Below, one piece after another: positions 1 through 8,841 of a DNA stretch of 32,000 bases. Within the stretch, counting starts at the first letter, position 1. Every line of letters starts with the position of its first letter. The DNA comes from Geobacter metallireducens GS-15 (GTDB taxonomy: Bacteria > Desulfobacterota > Desulfuromonadia > Geobacterales > Geobacteraceae): the NCBI RefSeq assembly GCF_000012925.1, contig NC_007517.1, positions 2,970,001 through 3,002,000 on the forward strand. Direction: 5' to 3'. Below the pieces are notes generated by a model. That model saw only the letters and a list, made by a program, of their open reading frames with translations, had not been told where the DNA came from and did no database searches. The position numbers and the translations under genes are program-made.

Positions 1-98
1 GACTCACCTTTCCCCGTCCCCGACCTTCTCCTTCCGCCGCCCTGAATTCACCGCCTCTGCCACCCCATCCTCCACAAAATTCAACCCTGGAGGTCCAT

Positions 99-590
99 AT
101 GAAAACCATGATCGGAGCCCTCATCATCATGCTTCTGCCCCTCATTGCCCTGGGGAAAGACCGGCCGGTGGCGCCCAACGGCATTTCCCTGATCGAGGGG
201 TACCGCAACTGGCAGGTGATCGCCCCCTCTTACCGGGATGACAAGGGGCACATCCGGGTCATCTTTGGCAACGACACCGCCATGAAAGCCATGAAGGAAG
301 GGACGCGCCCCTTCCCTGACGGGACGATAATGGCAAAGGTGGCATGGACCGCCGTAAAGCACCCGAAGTTCCCGGTGGCCACCATCCCCGACGGGTTCGC
401 CCAGGTGGAATTCATGGTGAAGGATGCCGCAAAGTACAAGGCAACGGGAGGATGGGGCTTTGCCCGATTTGTGGGCAACGGGCTCAAGCCCTACGGCAGG
501 GATGCCAGTTTCGTTCAGGAGTGCTTCGGCTGCCACACGCCGGTGAAGGGTAACGACTACGTGTTTACAGGGTTTGCTCCTGTCCCCTGA
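99..590 (+). CDS. Cytochrome P460-family periplasmic haem protein
   Basis: 163-aa ORF with GGAGG 5 nt upstream of the ATG. It has a signal-peptide-like N-terminus (MKTMIGALIIMLLPLIALG) and a single c-haem motif CFGCH near the C-terminus. The overall pattern (NGISLIEGYRNW...GGWGFARF...CxxCH) matches my recollection of cytochrome P460 / c'-beta family proteins. Confidence 0.75.
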   Translation: MKTMIGALIIMLLPLIALGKDRPVAPNGISLIEGYRNWQVIAPSYRDDKGHIRVIFGNDTAMKAMKEGTRPFPDGTIMAKVAWTAVKHPKFPVATIPDGFAQVEFMVKDAAKYKATGGWGFARFVGNGLKPYGRDASFVQECFGCHTPVKGNDYVFTGFAPVP

Positions 591-641
591 ACACCGCCAT
601 TGTAAAGCAAACTATTTCGCAAGTTCCCCGGAGGTGCTGTT

Positions 642-1934
642 ATGAGATGGTTTTCCAAGGGAATTATCAGCCTGGCGCTTGCTGCCCTCCTGACCGGCTG
701 TGTCGGCAACGACCAGTACCGGACCTCGTACGAGCCCTGCAACGTCGCCCAGCAAGGGGCCGAATGCAGAAAGTCGTCCCTGGAACAGAACGACGAGTAC
801 CTTCTCGGCTTCGTGGAGTTCGACGACCAGGGGTGGTTCTGGGACAGGAAACAGGCCAATGTGCTGATCGACCGCCTCCTGGAGAAGGATGCGCTGGAGT
901 CCGGCCTCCTTATGGTCGTCTATGTGCACGGATGGCGGCACAACGCCTCGTTCGACGACGACAACGTGGCGTCATTCAGGGAGACGCTCAAACGGATCTA
1001 CTCCTATGAGCACCTTGCCAGCCAGAGCGAAGGACGGCCGGAGCGGAAGGTGGCGGGGATTTATGTCGGGTGGCGGGGGCTCTCCGCCAACGTGGAGCCG
1101 TTCAGGACCCTCTCCTTCTGGGACCGCAAGAACACGGCCGACAAGGTTGGCCACGGCGCCCTGACCGACCTCCTGGTGCAGCTTGAGGAGGTACAGTTCT
1201 CGCACCTGAAGGTTTACGACGAAACCAAGAGCAGGCTGGCCCAGACCAAGCTAATCATCGTCGGCCACAGCTTCGGCGGGGAGATGGTCTACTCTGCCCT
1301 CTCGCAGATCCTTGTCGACCGTTTCTCGGGGGATGCAGAGTCACCGCAGACCTTCGGCGATCTCGTGATCCTCGTGAACCCCGCCTTTGAAGCGTCCCGC
1401 TTCACGCCACTCCACGACCTGGCCGGGGTGAGGAAGTGGTACGCCGACGGGCAGCTCCCCCTCGTGGCGATCTTCACCTCGGAAACGGATCAGGCGACCA
1501 AGACGGCGTTCCCCGTTGGACGCACGCTCTCGACTCTCTTCGAGAAATACCGTCCCGACGACGGCAAGCAGAAACAGGCAGACCGGCACGCCGTGGGGCA
1601 TTTCGAGCCGTACCGCACCCACGAGTTGCGCCCGCGCCCCGAGGCCGAGGCGGCTCCACCCCAAGCCACGGAGACGCCTGAGAAGAAAGTGGCCGATTTA
1701 CGCACGGCCAAGTCATTGCGGCAGCAGTGGATCGACCTTTCGTCCCGCAACGGCTGGAGCCTCGACTTGGGGAACGCCAGGCTCACGCACCTGGGAAAAT
1801 CGCTCCCCCGCAACCCCTTGTACGTAGTGGCGGTTGACAAGCAGATAATCGACGGCCATGGCGACATCTGGAACGAGAGGTTCATCGATTTCATGCGGCA
1901 GTTCATCCTGTTCACGACCATTGTCGAAGAATAA
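642..1934 (+). CDS. Lipoprotein with alpha/beta-hydrolase fold (DUF900-like serine esterase/lipase)
   Basis: 430-aa ORF with a GGAGG RBS and a lipobox LLTGC after a signal sequence. It has the nucleophile elbow GHSFGG. The VYVHGWRHN strand and the WRG...LSFWDRK segment resemble DUF900-type hydrolases. Confidence 0.7.
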   Translation: MRWFSKGIISLALAALLTGCVGNDQYRTSYEPCNVAQQGAECRKSSLEQNDEYLLGFVEFDDQGWFWDRKQANVLIDRLLEKDALESGLLMVVYVHGWRHNASFDDDNVASFRETLKRIYSYEHLASQSEGRPERKVAGIYVGWRGLSANVEPFRTLSFWDRKNTADKVGHGALTDLLVQLEEVQFSHLKVYDETKSRLAQTKLIIVGHSFGGEMVYSALSQILVDRFSGDAESPQTFGDLVILVNPAFEASRFTPLHDLAGVRKWYADGQLPLVAIFTSETDQATKTAFPVGRTLSTLFEKYRPDDGKQKQADRHAVGHFEPYRTHELRPRPEAEAAPPQATETPEKKVADLRTAKSLRQQWIDLSSRNGWSLDLGNARLTHLGKSLPRNPLYVVAVDKQIIDGHGDIWNERFIDFMRQFILFTTIVEE

Positions 1935-1959
1935 CCGCAATCTACTAACGGAGGCCCCC

Positions 1960-4230
1960 ATGAAAACCCGTTTCGTCGCCCCCCTGCTCCTTGCCCTCGC
2001 CATGACCGGCTGCGCCACGCAGAAGCAGGCAGGTCTTCCCCTCGACACCGTCAGCCAGGCGGCATCCGCCGGCCCCCTCTCCATCACCGAGGCCCAGGTC
2101 ATCACCGACAACGACGCGGCGTTTCTCTCCAAGCTCCGCATGGTCCGGGGCGCGCAGCGCTCCATCGACATGATGTACTACATCTATGCCGACGACCACA
2201 GCTCGTCGGTGCTGACCTCAGCCCTCATGGACGCGGCGCGGCGTGGGGTTACCGTGAGGCTCCTCGTGGATTACCACACCAACTACAAGCACCTCGACCT
2301 CTTCTCCCTCATGGAGAAGGAGGGGAACGGCAACCTCCAGGTGCGGTTCTACAACCGGCCGACCCGCAACATCATCAAGGACGCCGTCTATCTGACCATG
2401 GGATGCTCTCCCGAAACTGCTGCGGCCAGACCCGAGGCATGCAGCGCCGAGAAATTCGCCGCCATCGACAAGCTCTTCGCCGACGAAACGATCAACGGCA
2501 GACCGGCGGCGGACCGGAACATCTCCAACCTCGACATCGGCAACTCGGGGCTCTTCCTCTCCGGCCTCTACTCGAAGCGGGGCGACGTGATGGCGCTCGC
2601 TGTCCAGAGCGGACAGCAGATCGACGTCCAGAGCCTGAAGGGAGGCGCCTCCACAACCACTCCCGAGCAGGAGGAGCAGCTGAAGCGCCTCGGCAAGGCC
2701 TACTGGGAGTCGAGGACCGGCGCACCGTTCCAGCGGCTCGCATCAAATGCGGAGCTCTTCTTCGCCTTCGCCATGTACGGCGGCCAGCTCAACCCGATCA
2801 AGGAGACCGTCACCTCGCTGCTGCCGGTCGACAGGAAGCTCTCGGACGATGAACTGCGGGACTGGGACCACCTGACCGACTACCTCCACCACAAGCTCCT
2901 CCTGGTGGACCGCAAGGAACTCCAGATGGGGGGAAGGAACGTGGAGAACTCCTACCACATGCGCCCCAATCCCCTGACCAGCAAGTACGTCTTCATGGAC
3001 ACCGACATCCATGCCCTCCTGCCACAGGGGGGCGAGGAGGTCGCCACGGCGTTCGACTCCCTCTGGAATTTCGACGCTATGGTGGCCCCCCTGGCCGAGG
3101 TGCGCCAGCATGCCCCCAACGACTTCGTCGTCGCCATGAAATATGCCGAGAAGGCCTGCGCCGGGGAAACGGGGAAAGAGGAGCGCGATGCCTGCATCAA
3201 GAAGGAACTGGAGGGAACCGCTCCCTCCCTGGACAAACGGATGGCCGACTGCCGCACGACCATGGAGGAGAACGCCCGGGCCTACAACGAGACCTATCTC
3301 CCCACGATTCCGCAGCAGCCGACGCAAACCTTTACCGTGGATAGCGGCAGCGTCCTCGCCTACCTCGAAAACATTCCGTTCAACAGGGCGCTCCCCCCGG
3401 AGAAGCGGGTACGGACTTACGGCGCCCCTGCCGGCGAGGAGGCCAGGAGCGGAAAGTACATCCACGACGTCTGGCTCAGGGAGATTCCGGCGGTCTGCGC
3501 GTCTGCCACCCCCGATGCCCCGAAGCGGCTTATCCTCCATAACGCCTACTTTTTCCCCGCCGCCAACCTCACCCATGAGCTGAGCCGGATGGTGAACGGC
3601 GATTACGACTGCTCCAACGTCACCGTGACGGTCCTCACCAACTCCATCCAGACCACCGACCTCAACGTGGTGAACCTCGCCGCCCGCCACGCCCTCAAGG
3701 CGTTCACCGAGTTCTACCAGCAGCAGGGCGACCCGGCCAAGCGGGCGAAATTCGACTACTACGAGTATCAGCCCCGGACCGACGAACCTCTCTCGCTCCA
3801 CACCAAGGTGTCAGTATTCGGTGACGACGTCACCATCGGCTCGGCCAACGCCGACGTCCGCAGCTTCATGATGGACAGCAACAACGTCATGTTCGTCCGC
3901 AACGCCCCCGGCTTCCTCGCGGAGTACACCGCCTTCATGCAGCGGCTCCTTGACGACCCGGCCCGGACGAAGAAGCTCAACGACTATTTCACCGCCACCC
4001 CCCGCGACACGATGCTCCAGGAAGACCTGGCCACCTTCCGCCAGATCCTGGCCAAGTACGGCGTCGACAAGAAACTGGACGAGGGGCAACGGAAAGAAGT
4101 CGAGGCGCGCTTTGTCCAGATGCTCAACGACGCCTACGAACTGACGAAGGGATCCATCGACACCGGAAGCAGCGCGGCGAAGCGGCGGGAGAGCCAGGAC
4201 AAATTCAACGAGGAGTTCAAGCCGATCTGA
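1960..4230 (+). CDS. Phospholipase D-family lipoprotein (two HKD motifs)
   Basis: Track ORF 1858..4230 trimmed to the ATG at 1960 (GGAGG at 1950-1954; MKTRFVAPLLLALAMTGC lipobox). Two HKD motifs are present: HHKLLLVDRKELQMGGRNVENSY and LHTKVSVFGDDVTIGSANADVRSF. Confidence 0.85.
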   Translation: MKTRFVAPLLLALAMTGCATQKQAGLPLDTVSQAASAGPLSITEAQVITDNDAAFLSKLRMVRGAQRSIDMMYYIYADDHSSSVLTSALMDAARRGVTVRLLVDYHTNYKHLDLFSLMEKEGNGNLQVRFYNRPTRNIIKDAVYLTMGCSPETAAARPEACSAEKFAAIDKLFADETINGRPAADRNISNLDIGNSGLFLSGLYSKRGDVMALAVQSGQQIDVQSLKGGASTTTPEQEEQLKRLGKAYWESRTGAPFQRLASNAELFFAFAMYGGQLNPIKETVTSLLPVDRKLSDDELRDWDHLTDYLHHKLLLVDRKELQMGGRNVENSYHMRPNPLTSKYVFMDTDIHALLPQGGEEVATAFDSLWNFDAMVAPLAEVRQHAPNDFVVAMKYAEKACAGETGKEERDACIKKELEGTAPSLDKRMADCRTTMEENARAYNETYLPTIPQQPTQTFTVDSGSVLAYLENIPFNRALPPEKRVRTYGAPAGEEARSGKYIHDVWLREIPAVCASATPDAPKRLILHNAYFFPAANLTHELSRMVNGDYDCSNVTVTVLTNSIQTTDLNVVNLAARHALKAFTEFYQQQGDPAKRAKFDYYEYQPRTDEPLSLHTKVSVFGDDVTIGSANADVRSFMMDSNNVMFVRNAPGFLAEYTAFMQRLLDDPARTKKLNDYFTATPRDTMLQEDLATFRQILAKYGVDKKLDEGQRKEVEARFVQMLNDAYELTKGSIDTGSSAAKRRESQDKFNEEFKPI

Positions 4231-4274
4231 TCTCGGCGGGGCAGTTGCACTTCAAATGGATTTATCAGCACGAT

Positions 4275-6740
4275 TCAGTTGGTAAAGTGGTGCGTCCCGA
4301 AACCGGGAAGTGATTCGCGGATGAGGCGGGAAACGTCGTCTGGCAGGAGGGGACGGGAGAAATAGAACCCCTGGATGTCGGCACAGGTTATCGACATCAG
4401 GTAGCGGAGCTGCTCTTCGGTTTCGACCCCTTCAGCCAGCACTTCAGGGCCGAGGCTGCGCGCCACGGCAACGATAGCCTCGATGATGGCCCCGTTGCCG
4501 CGGCTCTGGCCGATGTCGCGGATAAAGGACTGGTCGATTTTGATCCGGTCGAGGGGAAAGTGCTTCAGGTAGTTAAACGAAGAATATCCCGTGCCGAAGT
4601 CGTCGATCGCCAGGCGTACTCCCAGCGCCTTGAGCTGCCCAAGCGTGGAGACCGCCGTTTCCGAATCCATCAGCATCGTTTCCGTCAGCTCGATCTCCAG
4701 CAGCTCTGACGGCAGCCCCGTCTTTTGGAGCACGTCGCTGACCGTGCCGACGATCTCCTCATGGGTGAATTGCCGCGCGCAGAGGTTTACCCCCATCTGC
4801 AGCGGCGGCAGGCCGTCATGCTGCCATTGCGCTCCCTGGCGGCATGCCTCCTCAAGAACCCATCTCCCCAACTTTGAGATGAATCCCGTCTCCTCCGCAA
4901 CCGGAATGAACCGCGAGGGGAGAATGACCCCCTTGCGGGGGTGATTCCAGCGGACAAGCGCTTCCACCCCGACGACCTTCCACGTGCCGGTATTCACCTG
5001 GGGCTGATACATGAGGAAAAACTCGCCATTTGTCAGCGCCTGCCGCATGTCCTCCTCAAGCTCATGGCGCTCAACTGCCCTGGTGTTCATCTCCGCCGAG
5101 AAGAACCGGTATGAGTTCCCGCCCCGATCCTTGGCGGCATACATCGCCATGTCGGCGCGCTGCAGCAGCATTTCGCCATTCCCCCCGTCCGACGGGAAGA
5201 GGACGATGCCGATGCTCGTGGCGATGTGGAGCGTCTGCCGGTCCAGCGTAAACGGCTCGGCCAGGGCCGCCAGGATTTTGTCCGCCAGCAACGAGGCATC
5301 GGTGGCAGCTCGCACCCCGGGGGCGATGATGACGAATTCGTCACCGCCGAGACGCGCCAGGGTGTCGCTTTCGCGGGTACAGCCCGATAGCCGTGCCGCA
5401 ACCTCCTGCAGGAGCCGATCGCCTACCCGGTGCCCCTGGCTGTCGTTGACGTCCTTGAAGCGGTCCAGGTCGAGAAAGAGGAGCGCCACCACCTCTCCGT
5501 GCCTTCGGGCATGCCTGATCGCCTGGGACAGGCGGTCCATCATGAGGGGCCGGTTGGGTAGCCCGGTCAGGGAATCGTAATAGGCAAGGCGCCTGATTTT
5601 CTCCTCTGCGCGCTTGCGGTCGGTTATGTCCTCCACCACCTTGATGAATTTCGTCGCCTTTCCCTGTTCATTGAAGACGGGGAAAGCACTCAGACGCAGT
5701 CCGGACGGCTCGCCATCATCCAATATTCTCTCAACTTCCCTCGATACGGCTCTTCCCGTGGTCATTGCTTCAACACCGAGGCAGTTATCGCAACATTCGT
5801 CCCGATTCTCGAATTCCTGGTAGCAGAACCGTCCGGTCAGTTTCTCGGCATTCTTCCGGAACATCTTCTCCAGATAGCCGTTGTTCATGACGATGCGGTT
5901 GTTGCCGTCAATGAGGGAGATGCCCATGTTGACGTTCTCAACAAGGGTCCGGTACCGCTTTTCACTCTCCACGACCTTCGCAGTAGCCCGCCTCCGCCTC
6001 GACTCCTGTTCGCGGATGTAAACGTAGCCCAGCACATAGATGCCGATGAGGTTAAAGCTGCGGCGGATGGGGGTAAAGATGTACTCGTACCGCTCTCCGT
6101 AGGCTATATCGACCAGTTTGAGCGTTTCCGTGAGAAAAAAACAGACGAGGGCGAAGCAGATGATGTTTCGAAGCCAGCCGGTACGGTGGCGGAAGAGGTG
6201 CCAGGTGGGGAAAACGAGAAGCAACGCCGCAATCGTGTGGAAAAGGACGTCGCACCAGGTCTGGCCGAATTTGGATGCCGGATTGGTGGTTATGTAGTCG
6301 GCCCACCACGAGAATGTGGCGATATAGCAGGAAAGGGTGAGGGTGATGCCTATGCCGAGATAGTTGCGGGCAAGGAAGAAATCACCGGTGAGGTAACGCA
6401 TGAACGCGGCGGCAACAATAACGGTCGCCACCCCCGAAAGCACATGCTCGACCGGCGGGAAGAACGCGTGCAGGTGACGGGGATCGACCATCAGCGCTTT
6501 CTGGCCTATGGCCATGGCGAGCATGAAGAGCTCCCGCGCCAGGCCGGCACTGAACCCCAGGACGAGCAGTGCCTCCCGGGAATTGGCTTCATTGCGCCTT
6601 CTCCATAACGCGAAAAAGAGAAGGTTCAGCCACATCGCCCCTGCAAGGACGAAATACACTGCCACTTCGTCATCAATGCCGCCGTGCCCGCCGGTGAAGC
6701 GGGCAACAAAATCAAGAATCCCCAGCAGAGCCTCTTGCAT
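4275..6740 (-). CDS. Membrane-anchored PAS-GGDEF-EAL c-di-GMP turnover protein
   Basis: Track ORF 4275..6767 trimmed to the Met at 6740 (MQEALLGIL). It has a multi-TM N-terminus of about 260 aa and a PAS-like region. The GGDEF motif (RLGGDEFVII) and EAL motifs (EALVRW, DDFGTGYSS) are intact. Confidence 0.9.
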   Translation of the reverse strand: MQEALLGILDFVARFTGGHGGIDDEVAVYFVLAGAMWLNLLFFALWRRRNEANSREALLVLGFSAGLARELFMLAMAIGQKALMVDPRHLHAFFPPVEHVLSGVATVIVAAAFMRYLTGDFFLARNYLGIGITLTLSCYIATFSWWADYITTNPASKFGQTWCDVLFHTIAALLLVFPTWHLFRHRTGWLRNIICFALVCFFLTETLKLVDIAYGERYEYIFTPIRRSFNLIGIYVLGYVYIREQESRRRRATAKVVESEKRYRTLVENVNMGISLIDGNNRIVMNNGYLEKMFRKNAEKLTGRFCYQEFENRDECCDNCLGVEAMTTGRAVSREVERILDDGEPSGLRLSAFPVFNEQGKATKFIKVVEDITDRKRAEEKIRRLAYYDSLTGLPNRPLMMDRLSQAIRHARRHGEVVALLFLDLDRFKDVNDSQGHRVGDRLLQEVAARLSGCTRESDTLARLGGDEFVIIAPGVRAATDASLLADKILAALAEPFTLDRQTLHIATSIGIVLFPSDGGNGEMLLQRADMAMYAAKDRGGNSYRFFSAEMNTRAVERHELEEDMRQALTNGEFFLMYQPQVNTGTWKVVGVEALVRWNHPRKGVILPSRFIPVAEETGFISKLGRWVLEEACRQGAQWQHDGLPPLQMGVNLCARQFTHEEIVGTVSDVLQKTGLPSELLEIELTETMLMDSETAVSTLGQLKALGVRLAIDDFGTGYSSFNYLKHFPLDRIKIDQSFIRDIGQSRGNGAIIEAIVAVARSLGPEVLAEGVETEEQLRYLMSITCADIQGFYFSRPLLPDDVSRLIRESLPGFGTHHFTN

Positions 6741-6925
6741 GAGCGACCCTTTCAGCAAGCTGCACAATTAAAACATACACACCAATTGAATTAGATATCA
6801 CAAATAAAAATAAAGTAAAGTGATTCCAATATTATTTCTTAAAGCAAAAACATATAATTTCATCCTAAATTTCAGCAACTTCAACGCTATTTCCGCAACT
6901 AATTGACGTATTTTATTATGATTTC

Positions 6926-6954
6926 AAAAAAAATCCCCCTTGCAAAAGGGGGAT
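6926..6954 (-). terminator. Rho-independent terminator downstream of the ABC-F gene
   Basis: Perfect 9-bp stem ATCCCCCTT / AAGGGGGAT (6933-6941 / 6946-6954) with a 4-nt loop. On the minus strand it is followed by a run of about 8 T (A-run 6926-6932 on plus). It lies 58 nt after the stop at 7012. Confidence 0.7.
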
Positions 6955-7011
6955 TTTGTCACGCCAAAGGGTGTATTTTATTATTATTCGACCGGGCAAT
7001 TCCCGCTCCGA

Positions 7012-8649
7012 TTACAGGCTCGCCTCCACGTGGCCGTGATACAACTCGTCCCGCTCCCGGGCAACCCCCTCATCCTCCAGGAAGTCGTCGAAACTCATGA
7101 CCCGGTCGATGACCCCGCCAGGGGTGAGCTCCACGATCCGGTTCGACACGGTGGAGACGAACTCGTGGTCGTGGGAGGCGAAGAGGATCACCTCCGGGTA
7201 GGCGATGAGCCCGTTGTTGAGGGCGGTGATGGACTCCAGGTCCAGGTGGTTGGTGGGCTCGTCCAGCATGAGGACGTTGGCGCCCGTGAGCATCATCCGG
7301 GAGAGCATGCAGCGGACCCGCTCCCCCCCGGAGAGCACACTGGTCTTCTTGGTGGCCTCGTCCCCGGAGAAGAGCATCCGCCCCAGGAACCCCCGTGCGA
7401 AGCTCTCCCCTTCAGTGGGAGGTGAGTATTGGCCAAGCCACTCGATGAGGTTCAGGTCCCCCTCGAAAAAGGCGCTGTTCTCCTTGGGGAAATAGGAATG
7501 GGTGATGGTCACCCCCCAGCGGAAGGTTCCCGCATCCGGCTCCAGTTCCCCGGTCAGAATCTGGAAAAGGGTGGTCTTGGCCTGGCTGTTAGCCCCCACG
7601 AAGGCGATCTTGTCCCCCTTGCGGACGATGAGGTCCAGGTTGTTAAGCACCTGCACACCATCCACAGACTTCGAGAGCCCCTGGATCTCCAGGATGATGT
7701 CGCCGCAGGCCCGCTCGGGCTTGAAGACCACGTAGGGGTACTTGCGGGAGGAAACCGGCATCTCCTCCAGGGTCAGCTTCTCCAGGAGCTTCTTCCGGGA
7801 GGTGGCCTGCTTGGCCTTGGAGGCGTTGGAGCTGAAGCGCTGGATGAACTCCTTCAGCTCGTTGGCCTTCTCGGTGGACTTGCGGTTCTCCTCCTGCTTC
7901 TGCCGCAGGGTCAGCTGGCTCGCCTGGTACCAGAAGTCGTAGTTCCCCACGTAGACCTTGATCATGCCGAAGTCGATGTCGGCCACGTGGGTGCAGATCT
8001 GGTTCAGGAAATGCCGGTCGTGGGAGACCACGATGACCGTGTTCTGGAAGCGGGAGAGGAAATCCTCCAGCCAGGTGATGGATTTCAGGTCCAGGTTGTT
8101 GGTGGGCTCGTCCAGAAGGAGCACGTCGGGATTGCCGAAGAGGGCCTGGGCCAGGAGCACCCGCACCTTCTCTCCCGGTTCCAGCTCCTTCATCTTTTTA
8201 TGGCGCAATTCCTCGGGGATGCCGAGGCCGTTCAGGAGCACCGCCGCCTCGCTCTCGGCCTCGTAGCCGTTCATCTCGGCGAACTCCCCCTCCAACTCCG
8301 CCGAGCGGATGCCGTCCTCCTCGGTGAAATCACCCTTGGAGTAGATCTCCTCCCGCTCAGCCATCACCTTGTAGAGCCGCTCGTGCCCCATGATGACGGT
8401 ATTGAAGACCACCTCCTCGTCAAAGGCGAACTGGTCCTGGCGCAGCACCGCGATCCGCTCGCCTGAGCCCACGGAGATCTCCCCCTTGTCCGCCTCCACC
8501 TCGCCGGCGAGGATCTTGAGGAAGGTGGATTTCCCGGCGCCGTTGGCGCCGATGAGGCCGTAGCAGTTGCCGGGGGTAAACTTGATGTTAACGTCCTTGA
8601 AGAGAACCCTCTTTCCATAGGAGAGGGTAACGTTCGATGCGCTGATCAT
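7012..8649 (-). CDS. ybiT: ABC-F family ATPase, YbiT-like (no transmembrane domain)
   Basis: Track ORF 7012..8946 trimmed to the Met at 8649 (MISASNVTLSYGKRVLF; AAGGAG 11 nt upstream). It has two NBDs: Walker A GANGAGKST, Walker B LLLDEPTNNLD and LMLDEPTNHLD, and an NBD2 signature LSGGER. The basic inter-domain linker is (RQKQEENRKSTEKANELKEFIQRFSSNASKAKQATSRKK). It closely resembles E. coli YbiT as I recall it (RQDQFAF...TVIMGH...). Confidence 0.9.
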   Translation of the reverse strand: MISASNVTLSYGKRVLFKDVNIKFTPGNCYGLIGANGAGKSTFLKILAGEVEADKGEISVGSGERIAVLRQDQFAFDEEVVFNTVIMGHERLYKVMAEREEIYSKGDFTEEDGIRSAELEGEFAEMNGYEAESEAAVLLNGLGIPEELRHKKMKELEPGEKVRVLLAQALFGNPDVLLLDEPTNNLDLKSITWLEDFLSRFQNTVIVVSHDRHFLNQICTHVADIDFGMIKVYVGNYDFWYQASQLTLRQKQEENRKSTEKANELKEFIQRFSSNASKAKQATSRKKLLEKLTLEEMPVSSRKYPYVVFKPERACGDIILEIQGLSKSVDGVQVLNNLDLIVRKGDKIAFVGANSQAKTTLFQILTGELEPDAGTFRWGVTITHSYFPKENSAFFEGDLNLIEWLGQYSPPTEGESFARGFLGRMLFSGDEATKKTSVLSGGERVRCMLSRMMLTGANVLMLDEPTNHLDLESITALNNGLIAYPEVILFASHDHEFVSTVSNRIVELTPGGVIDRVMSFDDFLEDEGVARERDELYHGHVEASL

Positions 8650-8680
8650 GCTCTGGGTGACTCCTTCTTTTGTTCGGGTA

Positions 8681-8714
8681 AAATAAAAAACCACAGGGAT
8701 GTGACCCTGTGGTT
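8681..8714 (-). promoter_or_regulatory. Terminator-like hairpin plus U-tract in the ybiT 5' leader
   Basis: Perfect 10-bp stem AACCACAGGG / CCCTGTGGTT (8689-8698 / 8705-8714) with a 6-nt loop. On the minus strand the stem is followed by TTTTATTT (8681-8688). It ends 31 nt upstream of the ybiT ATG. Confidence 0.45.
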
Positions 8715-8841
8715 CACGTGCTGACTGGTTATACCATTTCCGCCGCCAGGGGGGCAATTCCTTTTTCCACCGCGGGTTTTCCGGAAAAGCCCCTTTCCCT
8801 TTCCGCCCCCGATCTGGTACCATCGGCCAAAAGGAGACATC

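Noticed and set aside
1858-1959. Upstream start for the PLD gene
   Set aside because: It would overlap the end of the hydrolase gene. The ATG at 1960 has a GGAGG RBS and immediately yields a lipoprotein signal peptide.
2743-3801. 352-aa ORF antisense to the PLD gene
   Set aside because: It is an antisense artefact of high GC. It has no RBS and no recognisable domain, and it overlaps a gene with clear HKD motifs.
7429-8466. 345-aa ORF antisense to ybiT
   Set aside because: It is an antisense artefact. The composition is dominated by L/G/V/P/E repeats, and the ABC-F frame on the other strand is unambiguous.
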